A stretch of 11,754 bases of DNA from Bdellovibrionia bacterium. GTDB taxonomy: Bacteria > Bdellovibrionota > UBA1018. Both the position numbers and the translations under genes were made by a program. Each line of letters opens with the position of its first letter. Position 1 is the stretch's first letter. The notes beneath the pieces were generated by a model. It was given only the letters and a program-made list of their open reading frames with translations. It searched no databases and was not told where the DNA came from. The DNA lies in the NCBI GenBank assembly GCA_049424145.1, contig JBMSSC010000089.1, forward strand, positions 1 through 11,754, in the 5' to 3' direction. This document shows positions 6,993 through 11,754 of this stretch, piece by piece.

Positions 6993-7933
6993 AACACCTT
7001 CGACCACACCTCTTGGCCTTGCCGAAACTCAAGACGAGGCTCAAGGATCAGTACTTCCTTTTCCAAGACCCCTAACGCCTTCCACTTCACCCAATCCTTG
7101 CCCGTCAAGGCCACCCGACAGCGATCGCCTGCCGCTTGCTTTAAAAGCCCTCTCACCTGCTCCTCTTCATAGTGAAAATGATCTGCAAAAAAATACTTCT
7201 GCACCACCACATACCCAGCCTGACTGGCCAGCTGAAGAACAGACTGAGGATCCCCCACTCCTGCCACAAGCCAAACCTTCACCCCAGGTACTGCATCAAG
7301 AGCAAAGCGAACCTGAAGCAGCGGAAGACCAAAGCTCGGTGGAGGAATCTCGCCTTTGGTCCAAAGTAAAAGATTGGCTCTCTTTACGGCCGATGGCCAA
7401 TCCCGAAACAAACGCTCTGAAAACCGAGCCGAAGTCAGCACCACGAGTTCCAGGTCTTTTTTGATTTGCCAATTCTGAAACCCATCATCCAAAATCACGC
7501 AATCCACGTTGCCTTGCTCATGTTGCCAGATGGTCTCAAACTGAAGCAGGCGATTGGCGCCCACCCCGATGATCGCCTGAGGACAAAGATGCTTCAGTAA
7601 AGCGGCCTCATCCCCGCATTCCTCCACTCCCACCTCCGGCGAATCTGGCCAGATAATACACCCTGCATGCTCCCACGCCCCGCGGTAGCCTCGAATCAAA
7701 ATACAAACTCTGAGACCCAAAGACATCGCCTGCTGGGCCAAAAATGCGACGACCGGGGTCTTACCTGCTCCTCCGGCCTGAATATTCCCCACACTGATGA
7801 CTCGCACGGGAAGCTTGTGACTGCGAAGCACATGGAAGTCCTGAAGAAAGCGAGCCCCACGATTCAGCGACGCCCAAAGACACGAAGCCGCAAGCTGTGC
7901 TAATTTTAAGCCCCATAAACGCAAGCGGATCAC
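6983..7933 (-). CDS. lpxK: Tetraacyldisaccharide 4'-kinase (divergent)
   Basis: VISVGN...GGAGKTP P-loop, RGY, GDE, ILDDGFQ, FADHFHY, TGKDWVK; GTG start overlapping the lpxB stop (GTGA) with GGAGG upstream. Confidence 0.93.
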   Translation of the reverse strand: MIRLRLWGLKLAQLAASCLWASLNRGARFLQDFHVLRSHKLPVRVISVGNIQAGGAGKTPVVAFLAQQAMSLGLRVCILIRGYRGAWEHAGCIIWPDSPEVGVEECGDEAALLKHLCPQAIIGVGANRLLQFETIWQHEQGNVDCVILDDGFQNWQIKKDLELVVLTSARFSERLFRDWPSAVKRANLLLWTKGEIPPPSFGLPLLQVRFALDAVPGVKVWLVAGVGDPQSVLQLASQAGYVVVQKYFFADHFHYEEEQVRGLLKQAAGDRCRVALTGKDWVKWKALGVLEKEVLILEPRLEFRQGQEVWSKVLWG

Positions 7934-9198
7934 CTCGCTCCTCCGCTCGGATTCGGGCGCTCGCCCCTCTTCTTTTCTTCAACCACGGCCAGAACCTCCT
8001 GTGCAACCATCTGACTGGGGTGAGCTGGACCCTGGATCATCTCTCGCCTGAGTTCGTCATATCGGGCTCGCATCTGAGCCACCCACTGCTGATCCGTCAT
8101 CAAGCGCACCACCCACTGCGATAACGACTCCACTTTGACCTGCGCACCTAAAACTTCAGGCACAATCGGCCCCACCACTAAATTCACCAAACCCACAGCT
8201 CCCCGGTACCTCACCACGGACTGAAAAAACCACTGCGAGAGTCGACTCACCCGGTAAACCACCACCATCGGAAGCCCCAGTAAGGCCGCCTCCAGTGTGG
8301 AGGTCCCGGATTTAATCAAACCCGCATCGGCAGCTCCCATGCACCAGGCTGAGGTACCCTGAGAAACCCTCCAATCCACCGCAGCTTGAATTCCCGCCTC
8401 ATCCCCACACTGAGCCTGCCAACGACTCAGTCGCTGCTGCACCCGAGCCAAATCTCCTTGCTCGGGCACGGGAATTAATACCTTCAGTCGTTCATCGGTG
8501 CTTAAAACCTGAGCTTGTCTGAGAGAGGCACAAGCCCGCCAAGCCGCTCCAAGGAGGACTTCAAAGTGCTGATCCCACTCCGATTCTCGACTGCCCGGCA
8601 TGAGAAGCAAGACCCGATCGGAAGGCTGAAGCCCCAGCTTTTTTCTGGCGTCCAACCGAGTCAGATTCATCGGGAGTTCATCCAAAAGAGGGTTACCCAC
8701 GTATTTTGCGTCCACCTGAAATTTTCGATAAAAGGCTTCTTCAAAAGGAAAGATGACTAAAATTTTTTTAAAAAATCGTTTGAGAAAACGAACTCGACTC
8801 TCTCGCCAGACCCAAACCTTTGGCGGAATGTAGTACACCCAGGGAATCTGAAGTCGCCTTAACTTCTTCACTAATCGAAAATGAAACCCAGGGTAATCTA
8901 AAACGACAGCCACGTCTGGAGGATCACTCGCTACAGCTTGAGACACTCGGTTTAAAATCCTAAAAACCTGGGGCAAACGAATCAACACTTCCCAAAACCC
9001 CATGGTCATCAATTCGCGGGTATCAACAATGGCCCTGAGCCCTGCCGCTTTAAGCCTGGGCCCGCCCACCCCAAAAGCCTCCAAGCGCTGACCTTCAGGC
9101 ATCTTCTGCGCCAAGGCTTCCAAGAATTGGGCTCCATGTAAATCGGAAGACGCCTCCCCGGCTGAGATAAAAACCTTAACGCAAGACCCCGGTGTCAC
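7930..9198 (-). CDS. lpxB: Lipid-A-disaccharide synthase (GT19)
   Basis: ISAGEASSDLHG, MGFWEV, DYPGF, PPKVWVWR, FPFE, VGNPL, PGSRESE, SGTSTLE. Start uncertain: GTG 9198 is the last possible canonical start; ATG 9234 and other starts up to 9258 are alternatives. Confidence 0.96.
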   Translation of the reverse strand: MTPGSCVKVFISAGEASSDLHGAQFLEALAQKMPEGQRLEAFGVGGPRLKAAGLRAIVDTRELMTMGFWEVLIRLPQVFRILNRVSQAVASDPPDVAVVLDYPGFHFRLVKKLRRLQIPWVYYIPPKVWVWRESRVRFLKRFFKKILVIFPFEEAFYRKFQVDAKYVGNPLLDELPMNLTRLDARKKLGLQPSDRVLLLMPGSRESEWDQHFEVLLGAAWRACASLRQAQVLSTDERLKVLIPVPEQGDLARVQQRLSRWQAQCGDEAGIQAAVDWRVSQGTSAWCMGAADAGLIKSGTSTLEAALLGLPMVVVYRVSRLSQWFFQSVVRYRGAVGLVNLVVGPIVPEVLGAQVKVESLSQWVVRLMTDQQWVAQMRARYDELRREMIQGPAHPSQMVAQEVLAVVEEKKRGERPNPSGGAR

Positions 9199-9949
9199 TG
9201 TTGCGAATGAATGTGACGAACTCGCGGATTTCATGAACATCGCCATATTGAGACTCAATCTCTAAAATACATTGTTCCTTTTGAACGTCACTTCGAACCC
9301 AAAGCTTAATCGACTCGTTGATCTTTTGAATCACTTCAGAGGAGAATCCGCGCCGTCTTAAACCAACAATGTTGGCTCCCTTTAACGAGCAAGGCCGAGC
9401 TCCAATGGCGATAGAAAAGGGAGGGACATCTCGCTCAATGGCCGATTGACCAGCAATATAGGAGTAAGCTCCAATTCGATTAAACTGCGTGACGCCACAC
9501 ATTCCGCCCATGGTGACGTAATCCTCTAAAACCACATGCCCTGCGAGCCCACCATAGTTGGCAATGATGCAGTGATTCCCAATGATACAATCGTGCCCCA
9601 CATGGGTGTAAGCCATGATCAAGCAGTGATTGCCCACTTGAGTGACTCCCCCCCCTTGGACCGTACCTAGGTTTAAGGTCACCGACTCACGAAAAGTATT
9701 GTGGTTTCCAATGATGAGCTGAGTGGGCTCCCCTTTGTACTTTAAGTCCTGAGGGATGGCTCCAATCACTGAAAACGGGAAGAATACATTTCCCTCACCG
9801 ATCTGAGTTGCTCCCTCCACCACAACGTGACTCATGAGGCGGCACCCCTGAGCGATTCGAACTGAAGGACCAATAATGCACCAAGGACCTACTTCAACTG
9901 AAGGGTGGAGCTGGGCGTCAGGATGAACAATGGCTGTGGGGTGAATCAT
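9176..9949 (-). CDS. lpxA: Acyl-ACP--UDP-N-acetylglucosamine O-acyltransferase
   Basis: IHPTAIV, hexapeptide repeats, PQDLKY.GE, HVGHDC (catalytic His), LAGHV, DVPPF, N.VGLRRRGF; AGGAG upstream. Confidence 0.98.
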   Translation of the reverse strand: MIHPTAIVHPDAQLHPSVEVGPWCIIGPSVRIAQGCRLMSHVVVEGATQIGEGNVFFPFSVIGAIPQDLKYKGEPTQLIIGNHNTFRESVTLNLGTVQGGGVTQVGNHCLIMAYTHVGHDCIIGNHCIIANYGGLAGHVVLEDYVTMGGMCGVTQFNRIGAYSYIAGQSAIERDVPPFSIAIGARPCSLKGANIVGLRRRGFSSEVIQKINESIKLWVRSDVQKEQCILEIESQYGDVHEIREFVTFIRNSDTGVLR

Positions 9950-10473
9950 CAGGACTCCTGAGCATGAGGACTTTGATTAGCGATGATATTGGCCAAAATC
10001 TCAGCCTCAGCCACTTTTTGACCATCCACACTTACGGAGCAAGCAAATGACCAAATCTTCCCCCGGTTTTTAATCACCTCGGCTTCAACTCTCATGCAAT
10101 CTCCTGGCACCACAGGTTTTCTAAAACGAGCCCCATCCACCCCCACTAGAATACACTGAAAGTTTTTTGCAAGGCGATCTAAATCTTGAGCCATGCTGGG
10201 GTAAAGAGAAAAACTAGCGGCCTGAGCCATGGTCTCAATAATCAGAACTCCAGGGACAATCGCAAAGCCTGGAAAATGCCCTTGAAAATAGGGTTCATTC
10301 ATGCTGACCGCCTTGAGAGCAACCACCCGAGTGCCGACTGAAGCAGACGGCGGGGGCTGATCCAACGAACCGACAGGGTGAATTTCTAACACCCGATCTA
10401 AAAGCAAAAAGGGGCTGCGATGAGGCAAGAAACGCTGAATCTGATTCACATTTAAACTGTAGGAATTTTCCAT
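9949..10473 (-). CDS. fabZ: 3-hydroxyacyl-ACP dehydratase
   Basis: LPHRSPFLLLDR, NEPYFQGHFP (catalytic His), PGVLIIETMAQ (catalytic Glu), FRKPVVPGD; canonical lpxD-fabZ-lpxA position. Confidence 0.97.
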   Translation of the reverse strand: MENSYSLNVNQIQRFLPHRSPFLLLDRVLEIHPVGSLDQPPPSASVGTRVVALKAVSMNEPYFQGHFPGFAIVPGVLIIETMAQAASFSLYPSMAQDLDRLAKNFQCILVGVDGARFRKPVVPGDCMRVEAEVIKNRGKIWSFACSVSVDGQKVAEAEILANIIANQSPHAQES

Positions 10474-11573
10474 TACTTCGCTCTCCGTTGAAGCACTAAT
10501 TGACTCAGTAGAGCATGTGCTCGAAAATGCTCTTTATAGGTCCTCTGAGGATTACCCACGACTGTTTCTCCCGGAGGGACATCTTTGGTAATCATACTTA
10601 AGGCACCCACCTGACTTCCTTCTCCCACATGAACGTGGTTCCCAATCCCCGTGAGACCGCCAATGGTGGCAAACTTTCCAATGCTTGCGTGGCCTGCTAA
10701 ACAGGTTCCTCCGCAAATCACGGCTCCTTGCTCTAGGGTGGAATTATGCCCCACATGCACTAAATTATCGAGCTTGGAGGAACGCCCAATTCGAGTCTCC
10801 CCAAAAGTACCTCGATCAATGCATGAGTTTGCACCAATCTCCACATCATCCTCAACCACGACTTGACCCAAGTGATAGATCTTCTGATGACCCCGCATCT
10901 GCCCCGATTCCCTCTTGGGAACATACCCAAACCCATCAGATCCTAACACACTGCCGGCATGAATTCTGACGCGCTCGCCAATCTGAGTCCATTCGTACAA
11001 AGTAACCCGAGGGAAAAGAACTGAGAATCGGCCCACCTTACAACCCGGACCAAGATAACATCCGGGATAAAGTTGCACTCCTTCTCCCAACTCACACCCC
11101 TCTTCCACCACGCAGTGGGCCTGGATTCGAACACCACGCCCGAGCTGCACCGAGGGAGCCACCACCGCAGTGGGATGAACCTCGGGGGCTTGCCCCTGCA
11201 GTTCATCGGAAGAACCAACCGCGTGCGCCACGGTAGAGAGCCCTTCGGCAAAGACTTCCGAGAGCTGAGCTAAAATCAAATACGGGTTCTTACAGGCAAT
11301 CACAACCGTGTGATTCCAAAAGGGCAGTTTTGCTTGCTCAAGAGGCTGAGCAAAGGCCTCGCCAATGACCAGAACACCGGGGTTTGCTGTCTTTAGCTCC
11401 TCTTCAAATGCTTTGGAGAAAAAAAAAGCCAAATCAGAGGACTTTGAAATCCCCAAAGATGCGGGTTTCAGGATGTCCCTGCCTTGCCAAGGCACCTGAG
11501 CCAAGCGCAACGCCTCTAAATTCACCACCGCTCCACCGGTGCGCTCCAGAATCTCTTGTGCCGTAAGTCCCAA
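10473..11573 (-). CDS. lpxD: UDP-3-O-acyl-glucosamine N-acyltransferase
   Basis: NPY, VHPTAVV, GSDGFGY, VEIGANSCIDRG, KLDNLVHVGHN (catalytic His), GNP. Likely start is TTG 11573, with GGAGG (11586-11582) 8 nt upstream; the ORF track start is TTG 11588. Confidence 0.97.
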   Translation of the reverse strand: MGLTAQEILERTGGAVVNLEALRLAQVPWQGRDILKPASLGISKSSDLAFFFSKAFEEELKTANPGVLVIGEAFAQPLEQAKLPFWNHTVVIACKNPYLILAQLSEVFAEGLSTVAHAVGSSDELQGQAPEVHPTAVVAPSVQLGRGVRIQAHCVVEEGCELGEGVQLYPGCYLGPGCKVGRFSVLFPRVTLYEWTQIGERVRIHAGSVLGSDGFGYVPKRESGQMRGHQKIYHLGQVVVEDDVEIGANSCIDRGTFGETRIGRSSKLDNLVHVGHNSTLEQGAVICGGTCLAGHASIGKFATIGGLTGIGNHVHVGEGSQVGALSMITKDVPPGETVVGNPQRTYKEHFRAHALLSQLVLQRRAK

Positions 11574-11641
11574 ATGAAAATCCTCCAACCGAGAAGATCT
11601 GAAATTCTCCCTGACGATCCTCGTTCCCGCTTAATCTTACC

Positions 11642-11752
11642 TTAGGAGCTCTTTTCGCTTTTGGATTGCTTATCAAAGGCTTCAATCACACTCTGAGTTA
11701 AATCATCTTTCTCTAACGAGTAGAGCACGGTGTTTTCGTTCTTCTCTTGATC
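11642..11752 (-). CDS. skp: OmpH/Skp periplasmic chaperone, C-terminal fragment (partial, runs off the right edge)
   Basis: Not in the ORF track; hand translation DQEKNENTVLYSLEKDDLTQSVIEAFDKQSKSEKSS*. It matches the Skp C-terminal VLY....D(L/I)T..VI motif and sits in the canonical skp-lpxD position. Confidence 0.8.
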   Translation of the reverse strand, partial: DQEKNENTVLYSLEKDDLTQSVIEAFDKQSKSEKSS

Positions 11753-11754
11753 AA

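Noticed and set aside
9648..9655. G8 tract in lpxA (also T9 in lpxD at 11419-11427 and G7 in GT4 at 3884-3890) as phase-variation switches
   Set aside because: The tracts encode Gly-Gly-Gly, Phe-Phe-Phe and Gly-Gly in intact frames. They are short, and lpxA/lpxD are normally essential.
11589..11641. Possible hairpin between skp and lpxD (GAGGATC...GATCTTC, or GAGAA...TTCTC)
   Set aside because: The stems are only 5-7 bp with large loops and no U-tract; not distinguishable from chance by eye.
390..11685. Other short ORFs in the track (for example 1187-1441, 1717-1989, 2438-2713, 5111-5841, 7761-8124, 10651-11273, 11434-11685)
   Set aside because: All overlap well-conserved genes antisense or out of frame and show no recognisable motif.
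11747..11754. Terminal palindrome TTGATCAA; Skp reads DQEK where hydrophobic residues are expected, hinting at an indel or edge artefact
   Set aside because: Only 8 nt at the window edge; it cannot be judged without flanking sequence.
1..11754. CRISPR arrays, tRNA/rRNA, IS elements, prophage or defence genes
   Set aside because: No regularly spaced repeats, cloverleaf, transposase or unexplained ORF was seen. Nearly all sequence is accounted for by housekeeping genes.

Overview
A housekeeping region with every supported gene on the minus strand. In transcription order: 3' end of skp/ompH (cut by the window edge), lpxD, fabZ, lpxA, lpxB, lpxK, an LpxL/HtrB-family acyltransferase, a WaaF-like GT9 heptosyltransferase and a GT4 glycosyltransferase, ending at an intrinsic terminator. 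Next come a sigma70-type promoter, a structured ~113-nt leader without a well-spaced Shine-Dalgarno, rpsA, and a structured 3' UTR with a strong terminator. The window finishes with sppA (short type) and the 5' part of rsmB. Gene order and protein style suggest a delta-proteobacterial/Bdellovibrionota-like Gram-negative organism (inference only). I see no mobile element, CRISPR array, tRNA/rRNA or clearly novel protein system. The best leads are the rpsA leader (candidate S1-autoregulatory or CsrA-type RNA element), the strand-specific stems in the rpsA 3' UTR, a gapless lipid A/core operon lacking the usual intervening genes, and substitutions at normally conserved positions in LpxK, LpxA and LpxD. 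All RNA folds and alignments were done by eye.
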